The position numbers and the translations under genes were made by a program. Below, piece after piece: positions 1 to 14,200 of a stretch of DNA of 64,000 nucleotides. A model generated the notes under the pieces. That model did not search any database. It saw only the letters and a program-made list of their open reading frames with translations, and was not told the DNA's origin. The stretch comes from Camelus ferus (lineage: Eukaryota), in assembly GCF_009834535.1 (NCBI RefSeq), contig NC_045696.1, positions 114,206,001 through 114,270,000 on the forward strand. The letters are read 5' to 3'. The first letter of the stretch is position 1; each line of letters begins with the position of its first letter.

Positions 1-310
1 ATTCAAAACATGTTTACCAAACACCTGCTGTATGTCAGGCACTGTGCAGGGCTCTGGATAAATATTTGCAAACAAAACACATGCTTCATGTAAATTCTAG
101 AGGAAAATCAGACACTTATCAAGTAAACAGATGAATAAAATTAATTAGACATTATTGATAAGTGCTCAGAGGGTAGTAAGTGTGATCTCAGAGGGCTGTG
201 GCATAGAGGGGAGGTGAGGGTAACAGCCTGGAGGGTTGCACAAAGCATCTCTTAGGAGATTTGAAGGAGGGGAGGGAGCCAGCCCTTCCAACAGCCAGGA
301 GAACAGGAAC
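1..310 (-). mobile_element. L2 LINE 3' fragment
   Basis: Begins ATTCAAAACATGTTTACCAAACACCTGCTGTATGTCAGGCACTG, a degenerate reverse complement of the L2 3' end; boundaries approximate. Confidence 0.7.
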
Positions 311-1876
311 AGACAATCTTTGAAATTTCTTTTAGCACACAAGAGGCTTAGTAGGGTAGATACAGGGAATACTTTTGAAAAACAGAATATAGTAGAGTCA
401 GGTGTGATTTTTATTTTCTTTACACTCATATCATAACATGTTTAGAACAGTCATTCTGACACTACATCTGACACTACAGGGGGTGGGGAGGTAAGAAATA
501 AAGGTGAGGAAAAGATGTCCAAGTTGCAGAATGACTAAAGAGCGAGACTTTAAAGACTTTAAAGACACAAGGAAGGGGAATTTTCACAGGCAAAACAATA
601 AGGTGGGAACTTCAGAAAGCCAAAGGTGAAACAAACAAGCAGTGCCCGTCAAATATGTTATTAGGTGCTAGGTTTTGGTGTGGAGGAAATACAGAGCAAT
701 GGGGAGGTTTAGTGTGATGGTAAGGTATTGCCACAGATGGTCGTGAGTGCCTCACTGACCTCACCTCATCATTTGGTCACACATTACAGAAACAGAAGCC
801 ACTCCTCTCCAATCCTGAAGGTCTAGCTGTGTCCCACTCCCTTCAGGATGCCCTCCTGATGACTTCAGCACAGCACAGTGTTTGCTTTCTGAATTTTTAC
901 AGCATTTATAACAAACACTGTAATTTACAGACTGCAATCAATACTAGCACTTCATTGGGACCAACTCATTTATTTTCTTATTACGAGCAAGCCCTCCTCT
1001 GATTAAAACTGGCACATTTTTAATATATATCCATGGATTCAAAAGTCATGATCGGGTAAGAAGTACTCCAAAAGCTGGCTAAAGAGAATCATTTTTTAAA
1101 AGTTACATACCTAACAAACCTTTTATTTTTGTTTAGAATGTAAATGGATATTCATTTTTCAATCTTTGATTATAAGGCAAAATTCTTTTCTTGGAGTACA
1201 AGTTTGTTTACTGAAGTAGCATTGTCTTCCTTGCATGAAGTTCACCCATTATGAATCTCTAATTTTCCATTTTTTGAACACGACATTAAAAGCCATCTTT
1301 TAGAGAAATTGAAGGATGGAATTCTTCTAACATTCTATCTTTTCCTCTGGTCCTTTCAAAGTTCTTTCACCCAGGTTTGATTTGACTCTACTGTTTTTAA
1401 GGGACTTGCCTTTATTGAGCCTTTCCAAAATCACTCAGCTGAGATTTCATGTAAATGACTATTTCCACCCTCATACTTACCAGTTTATAGACTATTCAAT
1501 TAAATTCTGTAATTATAATAACAAGTCCAACTGGCATTAATAATTTGGAGACAAACTTAACTGACTCTTGTTAAAATGTAACTCAGCTGGTACAATCCCT
1601 GTCATTAAGGAGGAGGGTGTGTGTGTGTGTGTGCTGGTTTTGGTCAACATACCATTGGCATCAGTCAGTCTATTTTCTGGAGGGACTGGGAGAGCTTCAG
1701 GCAATCTGTGATGGGTGCGTAAGTGGAAAACAGATAGAAGGGCCCTTCCATACATGTTTTCTACACTCAGTTTTTTTCAGCTCGGTCCTCTAGCTTAGAC
1801 AACTGACTGTGATGGATCATTGGAACAATTATTGCATTAAAGACTGGTGGCTACAGTGTTTTCATCAAATAGTAAT

Positions 1877-2432
1877 TGTTACCCCAAAAGGGGAAGGGAA
1901 AAAACCCTAGTTCTTGTCTTACCCAAAAGATAAGAATTTAGACAGAAGACGGAGTGTTGTGTAGTGAAAGATTTTGAAAGTGTTATTTAAGAAAGGGAAA
2001 GTACACCGCCAAGAAGGAGGGTGGGCTGATCCAAGGGAGGAAAAGTGATGGTCTTTGTTTGCCCCTCTTCTTACACCCTTGCTTAGAGGTGGTCACTTGA
2101 TTGATTGATTGATGGCTCTTGTCCCTGGAGTGCTGAGTCATGCTCGTCCCCTTTTGCACATGTTCTTACCCATGATGCACACAGAAAAACCCATAAGGGG
2201 GCCTAAACTGCAAGGCTAATTATATTACAATGAGCACTGGGACATGCCCGGTTAGGTCCTTCTTATTACCGCCTGGTTGCGGGTGTCAAGTTCTAACTGA
2301 TTCCTTGCTGGTGCTCATTTAGAGGAAGTAAAGCCCCTTTATGCTGAAGGTGGGCATAATTCCACCTTCCGGACCATCCTTCCTCTCCTCCATCTATCTG
2401 CCCAGTGTCCCCACTTACCTAACTACTTACCA
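1877..2432 (-). mobile_element. Probable ERV solo LTR
   Basis: ~555 bp block starting TGTT and ending CA with LTR-like composition; TSD not resolved. Confidence 0.5.
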
Positions 2433-2699
2433 GTTAGTTTTATAGAGGAAGGTAGGACTCCTCCTTGTGTTAAATATGAAAATGCCTATGAAATGGTGAG
2501 CACATTGTAAGGCACACAGAGGATGTCTGACCAGTCCGTTAGTAGTTAAATCTTAATCCATATCCTCGAAGACTAATGAGAAGGTTAATGTAGCTTCAGG
2601 TGCTGTCTTTAGGATAGTTTATGATGGGGATGGAAGTTGTTCCTTTCCTTAGAAATATTTGGGATCTTTCAGTTATTTAGGGACAAACATTATTTTAGT

Positions 2700-3046
2700 T
2701 TCTTTCCCTCCCTCCCTCTCTCCCTCTCCTTCCTTCCTTCTTTCCTCCCTTCCTTCCTCCCTTTCTTCCTTCCTTTCTCTCTCCTTCCTTCCTTCCTTCC
2801 TTCCTTCCTTCCTTCCTTCCTTCCTTTCTTTCTTTCTTTCTTTCTTCTTTCTTTTTTCTTTCTTTCTTCTTTCTTTCTTTCTTTCTTTCTTTCTTTTCTT
2901 TCTTTCTTTCTTCCTTTCTTCCTTTCTTCCTTTCTTTCCTTTCTTTCCTTTCTTTTCTTTCTTTCTTTTCTTTCATTCTCTCTCTCTCCTCTTTCTTCCT
3001 TCTTTTCTTTTCTTTTCTTTTCTTTTTTTTTCTTTTCTTTTCCTTC
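2700..3046. repeat. Polypyrimidine microsatellite (CCTT/CTTT)n, probably the expanded tail of the adjacent SINE
   Basis: Directly visible; explains the F/S/L-rich and K/E/R-rich spurious ORFs at 2637-3176. Confidence 0.95.
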
Positions 3047-3128
3047 CAATGGAGGTAATGGGAATTGAACCCAGGACCTCCTGCATGCTAAGGATGAGTT
3101 CTACCACTGAGTGGTACTCACCCTCCCT
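3047..3128 (-). mobile_element. tRNA-Ala-derived SINE head (Vic-1-like)
   Basis: Reverse complement contains CTCAGTGGTAGA (A box), CTTAGCATGCA (AGC anticodon arm) and GGGTTCAATTCCC (B box). Confidence 0.85.
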
Positions 3129-3424
3129 ACCTAAGTCACAGATAGAGGAATAGCGTTGGGAAGTGTCCTCCCCCACAAAAAAAAGGGTCCACTACACTAT
3201 GCTTGTAGCCTTGATTCTTGTCCTAGCTAAAAATTGGGGAGGTGGGGCCAATCTCTTTGCATCTCAGTGAAAGTTCCGAGGAGACCTTTATCTATTCCAG
3301 TGGCTTAAAAGATAAACAGCTGCCACCAGAAAAGAAATCCTTGACCCAGAAAACATTTAGTGCCACGTGTTAATCTGATTTAGCCCCTGCACAACCATGA
3401 GATGACATCAATTCGTTCGTGTCT

Positions 3425-3955
3425 CTGATGGCTTGGGGAACCCAGGGGAGTGGGCTCCCTGAGACCTTTTCAGAGGGTCCATGAAGTCAAAACTATTTTC
3501 ATAATGATACTAAGATGTTCTTTGCCTTTTTCACTCTCATTTTCTCATAAGTATGCAGTGGAGTTTTCCTAGAGACTAAGTGATGTGTGATATTGCAACA
3601 GAGTGAATGCAGGAGCAGATAGGATAACCTATTTGTCATCTATTAAGCCAAACATTTAAAAATTTTGCAAAGATGTGAAACAATGCTATTCTGTCACTAT
3701 TTATTCTTGTTTTGGAAAATATACATGTTTTGGAAATATAGGTATTTTTCATAAAATACGCTGTTTATGGTAACATGATGGGTTTCTTATTGCAATGTAT
3801 AAATGAATAGATCAATAATTCAAAATTTTTCTATTTTAATTTCAAATATGGTAAATTAAAAAAAATTTACCCACATGAACAGAAAGTTTTTTTGGGTCCT
3901 ACATAATTATTAAGCTATAAAGAGGTCCTGAGATCAAGGAGTTTGGGAACCTGTG
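3425..3955. mobile_element. hAT-Charlie DNA transposon relic
   Basis: Charlie-like sequence GAGACCTTTTCAGAGGGTCCATGAAGTCAAAACTATTTTCATAAT and end GAGTTTGGGAACC; subfamily not determined. Confidence 0.7.
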
Positions 3956-6439
3956 ATGTAGAAGAAGAGGGACTGGACAGAACCCTTGGAAATGGTTCAG
4001 CCAAGAGATGTAGAATTTCTAGTGATCATTTAGCATTTAACAGACTATACTATTATGGATACTTGACTGCAAACACTTTTAAAGGAGAATGAATAAATTC
4101 TAAGAGCACTTAAGAATTTTGCCTCCAACCTCTTGAGCAAAACCAGACCTAAAATGCAGAATAATTAATGAAAAGGAAAAAAACAGACTAATACTTCTAA
4201 AGAATCCTAGCAGGAGAGGAATTGAGAGGAGAAGAAATGACCATGCCTGTGTAATGGCACAGTCTTTTAAAATATGGATAACATTTGAATTTAACTAGTG
4301 ACCTTTGAAAGCTTCTCAAAAATTCCTATTTTTATTTTGAAATTGCAATCTAGCTAAATTAACTACTACTTTGTTCATTTCCTTTATTCATATTTTTCTT
4401 TATCCTGTGTTTCTGCAGTTATGATGTGTTGTTTTAACTCATACGAACAAGCAAGGGCTGCTCAAATACCGAGCCAACGTAGTAATCATTAAAAAAAAAA
4501 AACAACTCAGATTCTCAAAATAGCATGGGTAATTTTATATGTAGATTGATAGTACGTTTTAACTACAGCCTTTTCATAGCAGCATGTGCTGTATGCCATG
4601 ATTCATCTTTGTGAGTCACGATTAACAACATGACCTATGTGTACATGTTTAGTTTGTGAGGATTGGGTAACAACAGGTGAGAGACGCCAGTGGTATCATT
4701 AAGATTCAAAAGCCATTACAAAGGCGGGTCTTTGGAATAACATTTCATTAATTGCCCATATAGTTTTCAATCAGTAACTAACCCCTAATTATTCTTTAAG
4801 TTCATCCTTGAACACGCATTTCTTAAAATAACATTTATCATTTTTTTATACTGCAAAAGGAATTCATCTGCATTGCAGAAAATATAGTAAGTATGGAGAT
4901 GCTAAAAGAATTAGCTGAGAATCTCAGGCATACTTTCTCACGAAGATTATCACATTAACATTTTGGTATGTATCCAGCTAGTCTTTTCTGACATGTAAAT
5001 ATACATTTTTTTTCTTTTGCAAAAATGGGACCATACTGTACATACTGTTTTGTAAATTGCTTCCCCCCAACAGTCTTTTGTTAACATTCTTCTTTCAAGT
5101 ATTCTTTTTTTAGGACTCATCTAAAGTTCTCCACATATTTTTATTGCATTATCTTAGATTGTGAGAATGTATCATGCTGTCTTGAAGGTTATTATCAAAC
5201 AAGAATCTGACTCTGGCTAAATTTCACAAAAAAGGAGTTTACTGGAAACATTGGCAGCTCCCAGGATGTTGGGGGTAGGATGGGCCAACGAGGCTCAGAA
5301 CATGGAAAACAAATGCCCACTACAATGAAACACTAGAGATTTCTACCTAGATATGTGCACATTTAAAAATTAGACCTACCTGCTCCATTCTGCAGAATCT
5401 AGTCTATTTTCTTAGATTAGAACTGAGAGAAAGGAGATATGGGCGAGATGCCAAAATGCCAAAAGAGGAAAAACTCAGCCACTGATATAAATGGAAAGGA
5501 CACCTGCAGCTCTGAACCAGAGATGTTATTACAGAGGAAGACCAGCCCACCAAGGCTCCCTGCGCGTGCCGCACCGAGTAGGCTGTGACCAGCTGATTTC
5601 ATCTCATCGGTTGCTGTTTATAGAGAACACACTGTTGTTATTTACTTAAGTGATGGGAATGACCACCGAGGGCTGCGCTGAGGAGGCTTTGAAAGTCAGC
5701 TGGAAACAAGGGCTATCTGACCCCAACGGGAATTGTTCAGTCTGTGGCAACTTGGAACTGCCGAGGAGGCAAACGCAGGTTGTGAGGGATCTTAACATTT
5801 GAGGCTGTGCCGTGTTGTATGGGCAAGACAAGCCCTTTCATCTCCCACCCTCCTGCTGGAAATTACCAAGTCTGAGGCCACGTGTTAGTCTGACTGGTGT
5901 AACAGCCTGAAATGAGGCCTCTTAAGCCATAAGTTGAATTCTTGAGGCCAGGTGAGAAAATAAGCTATTTTGAAAAGCTGTCTTCTACTAAAATCATTGC
6001 ATAATGGTGCTCAGCAGCAGTGAAAATGACATGGAGAAGAAATAGTGCTTCGAGAATAGAATTTCTCTTGGTTTTCTTTAAAGTTGTGAGTGCTTCTGGA
6101 GACGTGTACTCTTGGTTGGTTCGGTAAAACTGGATCTCCGAAAACTGTTCTAAGTGGGAGAGGCTGTCTTCCATACAGCACTGGACTCTCAGTGGTGACA
6201 AACAATATTAGTCTCTTCCTCCTCCAGTCCTTTCCTCTACCCCATCTCCTCCAAAGAAATGAGCCCTCAGTGATGCTTAAAATGGGAGCTTGCTGAGAAA
6301 AATTAGTGTCTTAGTCTATGCAACTTTTTTTTTTTAATCCACGTGTTTTCTCAGAAAGTAAGGGCTTCAAAGAGTTGGCAATAGGAAGTAAAGACATGCA
6401 CAGTAAATGGAGAAAGAAAAAGGAAGGTACTCACATCCA

Positions 6440-6625
6440 CTACTGAGAACCTACTGGTCCAGTTTGCACGTATATGCTCAGTTAATCCTCCCAACCACTC
6501 TGAAGTAGGCATTAGTACTTCCATCTTACAGAAGAGGTAACTGAAACTCAGAGAGGATAAGAGACTTGCCCAGGACCACAGATGCTAATGAGAAGAAACC
6601 AGATGCATATTGTGGTTTCTTCCAC
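6440..6625 (-). mobile_element. MIR SINE
   Basis: MIR core in reverse: CCATCTTACAGAAGAGGTAACTGAAACTCAGAGAGG...ACTTGCCCAGGACCACAG. Confidence 0.75.
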
Positions 6626-8148
6626 TTCAAAATGTTTCATCATAATCCTTGTGTTGAGGAGGAGTGTCAAGGAAAAGGAAACCGGTCAAGGACACTGCAC
6701 TGATGGGGAGAAGGGAGAAGAAACAAAACCATCTTATGGTATTTGTAGGTGACATTGGTTGACGTCAACATCTATATTTGTAGTTGCTCACAATACACCA
6801 TATAATACAAAATTATATGGATGTAAAGGATTGATTATTAACTGAATTTATTTAACAACGTGCTCATTAACTACTAATATGAAAACTCTGTCTGTGGTTC
6901 ACATATTCATGTTTTTTACATTATCAGAAACGTTTTTGTGATAATCCATTCCATTATCTGGTAAGTTCTGTAAATGGCCATATCAGTTTATCTGTCTAGC
7001 TATCCATCTACCTATCTATCTATTAATTAATCATCTATTCATCCATCTTTCCTCATATGTATATATATACACTTATACAGACATACACACTCAAAAAAAG
7101 GATTTTAATTTTTGGGACATCTTTAGATTTTCATGTTATCTCAAAACAATATAATAACATTTTCTAATGATAAGAGTAATCTTTGCTTATTCACAAAAAG
7201 TTTAAAAGTGTGATAAAAATCAAAATCACCCAAGTCTTAAAAATCAGTGGAAACTACTGTTAGCAGTTTGTTGTATTTCCCTATATTCTAAAAAGTATAT
7301 GTACAGAAGAAATCTTTCTGTTCTGAGATAATTATAGATTTACAAGAGGTTAACAAAAATAGTAGAGTTACACAGGTGTACACTTACCCAGTTACATGCA
7401 ATGAGTACATCTTATTTAACTATAGTAGAGTATCAAATTCCAGGGGATTGACATTGGTACAACGTTTGTGTATAGTTGTCATTTTAGTCACATGTATATA
7501 TTCATGTAACCACCACCACAATAAAAATTACATACGTCCATTTAAAAAAAATGGGAACATTCTGTATATTCTACTTTATAAGTATTTTCTTCATTTAACA
7601 ATATACTGCATTGAGAGCATTTTTCAATACAATGAATATCTCTCCTATAATGACTACACTTTGCCTGTCTAGTACCTCACTATGTGCATCTTGGATTTCT
7701 TAATAGTAAGTAGAATTAGGTGGCCAGTGGCTATGGACACATCAAAGGTATTGTGACTTCTCATTCACCTCTTGAATTAGTGTATCAGTTCATTCTCATG
7801 TGGGCCAGGGTGCATGATACTAACCAATGACTTGTCCAACATAGGTATGAGCAGTAAAAGAAATTGATATTTGATAGGGTGAAAACTGTTATTTTAGGTG
7901 CCTTAATTTGCATATATGTGATTTATAGTAAGGTTGAATATTTCTTATGTGTACTGAACAATTTATATATCTTTAATATAATTTTTAAAACTCCTGTACT
8001 TTAGCCAAATTTTTCTATGGAGGATTTTCTTCCTTTATATATTTGTGAGTGTCATTTATCTGTGAAGGATAGTATCCCACTATCCCATATATAAGGACAA
8101 TTTGTATGTTTGTTTCAGTTTGTTGTTGAGTTTTAAATTTTGTTTATA

Positions 8149-8367
8149 TTGAGGAAGAGGGAGGGTGTAGCTCAGTGGTAGAGTGCACGCTTAGCATTCA
8201 TAGACTGCGTGCTCAGCATATACAAGGTCCTGGGTTCAATCCCCAGTACCTCCACTAAAAATAAATAAATAAATAAATAAGCACAATTACCCTCTCCCCC
8301 GAACAAAAACAAAAAAGCAAACAAAAACAAATAAAATATTTTAAAAGTTAAATTAAAAAAACTTTAA
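8149..8367 (+). mobile_element. Vic-1-like tRNA-Ala SINE with 14-bp TSD
   Basis: GGGTGTAGCTCAGTGGTAGAG...GGGTTCAATCCCCAGTACCTCCA, (TAAA)n and A-rich tail; TSD AAATTTTGTTTATA at 8135-8148 and 8368-8381. Confidence 0.92.
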
Positions 8368-10669
8368 AAATTTTGTTTATAATATTTTTTCTGTATAGAA
8401 GCTAAGAACATTTTTGTTATCAAACCAATCAATCTTTTTTTTAAAAAATAGTTTCTGCCTTTGGAAAGTCCTTTTCTGCATCAAAATCATCAAGTTTTTT
8501 TGGTTGTTTTTCTTTTAGGATTTTAAAAAAATATTAAACGCTTTAAACCATTTGCCACGTATTTTAGTGTATAGAATAAGCTAGATATCTAGTTAATTTT
8601 TATTCCAAATTGTTAGCTATTCAGGCAACAGCTTTTGAAAGCCCTTTCATCAATCTGAAATGTCTCATTTATCATATATTAAAATCATATGTATAGTTCA
8701 CAAAGCATAAAAAGTGGATTTGAACTCATATTCTTCCATTTCATTTACTCACTCATTCCTTCTTCCGTTCACTCATTCCACACTCGTTTCGTACCTGCCA
8801 CGTGCTGTAGGTGTAGCGCTTTAAGATGACGCTCAAGATGGACAAGGTGCTGGTCGTCACAGGACTTTCATTCTTTTACGAGTGGATTGGGGAAGGAAAG
8901 AGGTTATGGCAAAGAAATAAAAAATCATGAAGATTTTAGGTAGAAGATCAATGAGAAAGAGGAAATATGACTGCTTCTCACCATCTTATGCCCTAGTCCA
9001 AGCCCCCATCTTGTCTCGATTGGATTCTTGCAGTTTGGCCTCTGTTAGTTCATTCTCCACGCAACGCCCAGAGAGGTCTTTCTGCAACACGAGCCGGGTC
9101 ACTTAATTCCTCTGCTCCAAAGCCTTTCATCGCTCACCCTTCAGTATCTGTTGCTGGGCAACAAACCAGCACAGACTAGCGGCTTGGACCAGCACACATT
9201 TGCATCTCGCTGCTTCAGTGGTCAGGGATCGTCTGTGTGTGTGTGGCGGTGGTGGTGGGGGTCCTCTCTCAGCTTCCATCTGCTGCTGAGACAAGAAGGC
9301 AATGCTTTACGTGACCCTGGACTCCCCACACACTCTCCCCTGCCCGGCGCACCCCTCTGGCCACCATTCCGCCAGCGTCCCAGCGCCTCCTTTCCAGCCC
9401 GCACCCCCTGGACCGTCACGCTCTCTCCCGCCTCAGCTCTGGCTGTTCCCACGGCATGGAGTGCGCACCCTGCACACAGCCCCTGCATTCCTTCCTCTCC
9501 TTCACCTCGTCGCTTCTATGCCACCTTTCAGGGTCCCTGACCTCCCCAAGGGTGATGCTAACTGCTCCTCCCGGCTCCTCCGGTACCCTCAACCCCGTTT
9601 CCTTTCTTCTGACATGCTGGATTCGCTGTGGTTATCACTGATCACCCGCCTCACTCCACGAGAAAGTTAGCTCCACAAGGGCGATGATCTTGGTTTTCTT
9701 CATGGTAGCTGCTCAGCACCCAAAATGGTGCCCGGCACAAAGCATTGAATAAATGGGGCTGGGAAACACTTAATGATATATGAGTCTTGAATGACAGGCC
9801 TTCTCTGAAAAGATCTGGGGAAAGACTACTTCATGAAGATACTTTTGAAAAATGATTTTATACGAAAGCTCTTCAAGCATTATTTCATTTAATATGATAA
9901 CTACCCTATGATGTATCTGTAATTATTATTCCCATTCTACAGATTAGGAAATGAGGCACAAGGAAATTAAATAACTCACCCAAAGTGACACTGCTTTTAT
10001 CTAAATAGAAAGCCAGGCAATGTGGGGCTAGAGTCCTATGCTTAATCCCTGTGCTTTGCTGCCACTCAAGGCATAGCCAGTGCAAAGGCCCTGAGGCTGA
10101 AACAAACAAGAGTTTTTCGAAGGACGGCAAGAAGCCCAAAGGTGGCTGGTGTTTATTCAGGTGTCCGTAACACGATATGACCTGAGTTCACAGAGTAGAC
10201 AAAGGTGAGAACATAGTGGCCTTACAGACTGGGCTGATGAGTCAGGTAGAGATTGTTCTTATGGGTGGCAGCTTTTAAAAGTGCAATGATGTGATTGGTT
10301 TAGGTTTTAAAAAATTAGCTATAGATCCTGAATGGAGAAGGAACTTGTGAGGATGAGGAAGGAGGTAGCGAAAAGACAATCCTCATGAACAAAAATTCTG
10401 TTTCTCCCGGATGTATTTCTTTTAAAATACGTTAGTTTATAAATACCTCATTGAATCTGTTAGATTCCTTGTTCTATCAGCTAATGGAATCTCTTGAACT
10501 TTTTGTTATGTTTTATGGTTCTTTGCATAGTGAGATTTATGAAAAGGCAGACGATGCAACATTAGAACTTTGGGGAAGGCAAACAGGAAGGCATCCCCTG
10601 CACTGATGTCAAACAGCAACTGACCCGGAACATCCCGGCTTGTTTGCAAAACGCTATCTTATTTTTAAA

Positions 10670-11230
10670 GACGGCTTTATTGAGGCTTAATTTAACTACT
10701 GTACACTTTACCAGTTTCAGTGAATAATCCAGTGGTTTTTAGTATATTTACTGGGTTAGGCCACTGGCCGCACTCTCCCTGAAGAACCTTCCCATCACCC
10801 CGATTTCATGTCCACCAGCAGACACTGCTCTTCCTCCCCATCATCCCTGGGCAGCCACGAACACACTTTCTGTTATAAATTTTCCTCTTCTGGACATGTC
10901 ATATGAATGGAATCACATAGTATGTGGTCCTTCATGCCTGGTTTCTTAGCGTAATGTTTTTGTGGCCCATCTATGCCTTAGTACCTCACTGCTTTCTGTT
11001 GCTGAACAGTATTCCATTACATGGGTATAAGCATTTTATGTATTATTCATCAGTTGATAGATATGTGGATTATTCCCACTTTTGCTTATTACAAATAAAG
11101 TTGCTTAAGTTATTACCATACACGTCTTTGTGTGGACCTGTGTTTTCATTGCTCATGGGTGGAAATTTTGGGGAGGAGGAATGGAATTTCTGAGTCTTTT
11201 GAAAATCTATGCTTAAATTAATTTTCCAAG
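10670..11230 (-). mobile_element. Old L1 3' fragment (L1MB/ME-like)
   Basis: Antisense L1 3' motifs such as TGGACATGTCATATGAATGGAATCA and TATTCATCAGTTGAT. Confidence 0.7.
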
Positions 11231-14200
11231 TCTTAAATAAAGTGAGAATAACCTACAGCTTGAATTTATTTTGATAAATTGCCACCTCCAAATAATTTTG
11301 ATTATTTTGCTATTAAATATAAATTTGTAAAACTAGCTTTTGTTATATACTTGACATTTTAACTTAATAAGGAATGTCTTTGCATTTCTCACTATTGAGA
11401 ATTTTTCTATGCTCATAGGCTTTTTTCTTGGTGCTCAATTTGTGATTTGATTAAAAATGTCTTTAAAAAGGAGATGTTCTCTAAATGATTGTTTTAGACC
11501 ATATAACATATGGAGTTATTTCTGTCTTTAAAATAATCTTCTGTGGAGCAGGAGGTTTGAAAACCACTGAGTGAATTATCTTTCTTCTTTGTTATTTTAG
11601 CTGCTGACATTTTAAATTCAATTTAGCCGTGGCCTTATATTTTTAAAGTTAATGAAGTGGATTTCAGGTTCAGTTAACAGTAATTTAAGATGACAATTAA
11701 ATCATTAGTAGAGCTAATTATTAAATGGAAAATGCACTGTAATACCGACGCTCATGATGAAATAAAATCTTAGTTCCAAGTGCTGTGCAGTTGTGTGTAT
11801 ATGTGTGTGTGTGTGTGTAGCTCTTTTGATAAAATAGCACAATAGCGAGGTTGACAGGTGACAGTCCCACACAAAGTGTTATTTCCAGCAGGCTGAAGTT
11901 TAATATTTAGTTTCATTTCTTGTCTTGGTTTATTTAGCTAAGTCACATAGGGTGTAAAACACTGTTTCACAGCATCTCAAGCCATGTTTCTAAATATAAA
12001 TATCCTCATTATGTTCATCCCATTTATCTCAAACTCACATGACAAGTGTAGTAATTGCCATGTTTATTATAATAAAATAAAATAGGAAAAACGCTGCTGG
12101 GAACACTCCTTGTACCTTTATTTTGGTAAGCAAGGACAGGCATTTCTTTTGGGTATATACCTGGAGCAAAACTGCTGGAAAATGAGGAATGCTGTGTCCA
12201 ACCTTGATGGATAAAGCCAAACCGTTTCCCAAAGTGGCTAAACCTCCTAAGACTTTCACCAGCAGTGTTGGAGAGTGTCTGCTGTTCTATCTTATTTTAA
12301 TAGGTAGACCTGGAAACAAGGCAGGTTCATTGACAGTGAAATGGATGTGATATGTACGCAATGGGACTCATACAGTGTTGAAAATGAACTGAGGGCTTCA
12401 GGTAACAACATGCTTGAATCTCAAAGTGTAATGTTAAATAAATAAAGCAAGACATAAAGTAAAGCATATTGTATGATCTCTATCTTTGTAATGTTCAAAA
12501 AAGATAAAATTTAGCTGGAATGTTGGAAGTCAGCATGGTGGTTATCTTGGGGGTTAGAAGCTAGTGATGGGAAGGGGTCAGGGAGAGCTTCTGGGTGCTG
12601 GTGACCTTCTGCTTCTGGACCTGGATTTCTTCTCTTTGAGCATACTTATGATCTTCATGTGTGCGCCTTAAACTTCAATAAAAGACAAGTAGGTAGTCAT
12701 TGCAGAAAAATATTAACTTTATCTTCTTTTGATTTTAACTGTAACATTGATTTGAACTTAAGTAGAATCCTTAAAGTAAAATGTATTAAAAAAAAAACTC
12801 CTTTAACACAATAAAATTCCTTGATAGATGCTAAATTTGACATTCTTTTATTTCAAAACAAATTTGTTTCCTCATATAATTCTTTTATAAATTTCCAAAA
12901 ATAACCAGGATTTTAAATTTGAGTACTTTACAAATTAATTTGGGAGGTATAGACATCTTTGTGGAATTTTTTTTTTTTTTACCTAGGATTACCTATGTTG
13001 TCTCTCCATCTATTTGTCTGCTCTTGTGCAATTTAGTATTAGTTATTTTCCTTTCAAAATCTTAATTGTAACCACATAGTCAAAATATGAATACACTCTT
13101 ACTGTTGAAAAATTAAAACATTACAAATAATTCTATATCCCAAACTCAGATGTCTTTCTTTTGCTTCCTTACAGCTGTCCATCATTATCAATCTCCAAAT
13201 TTTTCTACATATCACATATATATATAGATATACACATATGTAAATGTATCCAGAGAAGACATATAGAATCATGTCATGATTTTTTTGTCTGCATGAACTG
13301 TACCATGTAACCCTTGTTTAAATGTGTGTGTGTGTGTGTGTGTTTTGCCTTTTTTTTTTTCCTTCTCAACAATATGACTTGGAGCTCTTTACATGGTAGA
13401 ACATTAGAATTCCCTCCTTCTTTTAATTTGACGATTGGTATTCAATAGAATGGATAGGTTATGAATTATTTATCCATCCGATTAATAAAAATGTAGATTG
13501 TTTCAATTTTTTAGGACTAGAAACAGTGCTAAACCAGAGCCTATACACATCCCTTTTTGCACACTTACAAGTTTTTCTCTAAAGTAGACTTCGAGAGTTT
13601 AGAATTGATCAAAGAGTATGCACATACGAAATTTTGATGAATACCACCTAATTCTTCCCTACAAATATTTTTCCAATTGGCATGCCTACCTTCTAGGAAT
13701 AGATTAAAAAATATTCATTTCTGTCCTTTCATCAACACTTCACTTATTAAATACCATTGGAGATGATAAAAATGAATGATGACTGTGCCCATGGAATTTA
13801 TAATTGAATGTCATCAAGTATATAAATGGTTGTAATATAAGGCAATAAAAATAATGCCTGAATGATAGCTGAATTTGTAGAAGTAATAGCTGGTGGGGCT
13901 TGGCAACGGGAAGGGAGGTCACCCAGCCTCTGGGATGCCTCAGTGAACTCTTCCCAGACGACAGAGTTGACTCAGAAACACCGTTTGCTGGCTTACTGAG
14001 TGGATTCAATTTTCAGGAATAGATACACAATAACCAAACTTACAGAGCCTGAAGAACAAAATCATTTTACCAATGCACAGGAAGAGGAAAATTTCCAAAG
14101 AGTCCAGACCTGTCCTCCAGCTGTCACCTTCTGTCCATGGATAACCTGATGCAGAAAGCCAAATTATCATTTGAATGCCAGCTAGCCCAGTTTTTAAGAA

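Noticed and set aside
2637..3176. Long ORFs rich in F/S/L or K/E/R
   Set aside because: They are translations of the polypyrimidine microsatellite and SINE.
5405..5500. Possible terminal exon after TTTTCTTAG (IRTERKEIWARCQNAKRGKTQPLI* or LELRERRYGRDAKMPKEEKLSH*)
   Set aside because: No recognisable protein and no supported upstream exon.
8159..8255. tRNA-Ala gene
   Set aside because: Mutated stems, internal duplication, A-rich tail and TSD indicate a SINE; the same holds for the other copies.
14007..14150. Acceptor-like site followed by a 43-codon open frame (NRYTITKLTEPEEQ...)
   Set aside because: No recognisable homology or exon context.
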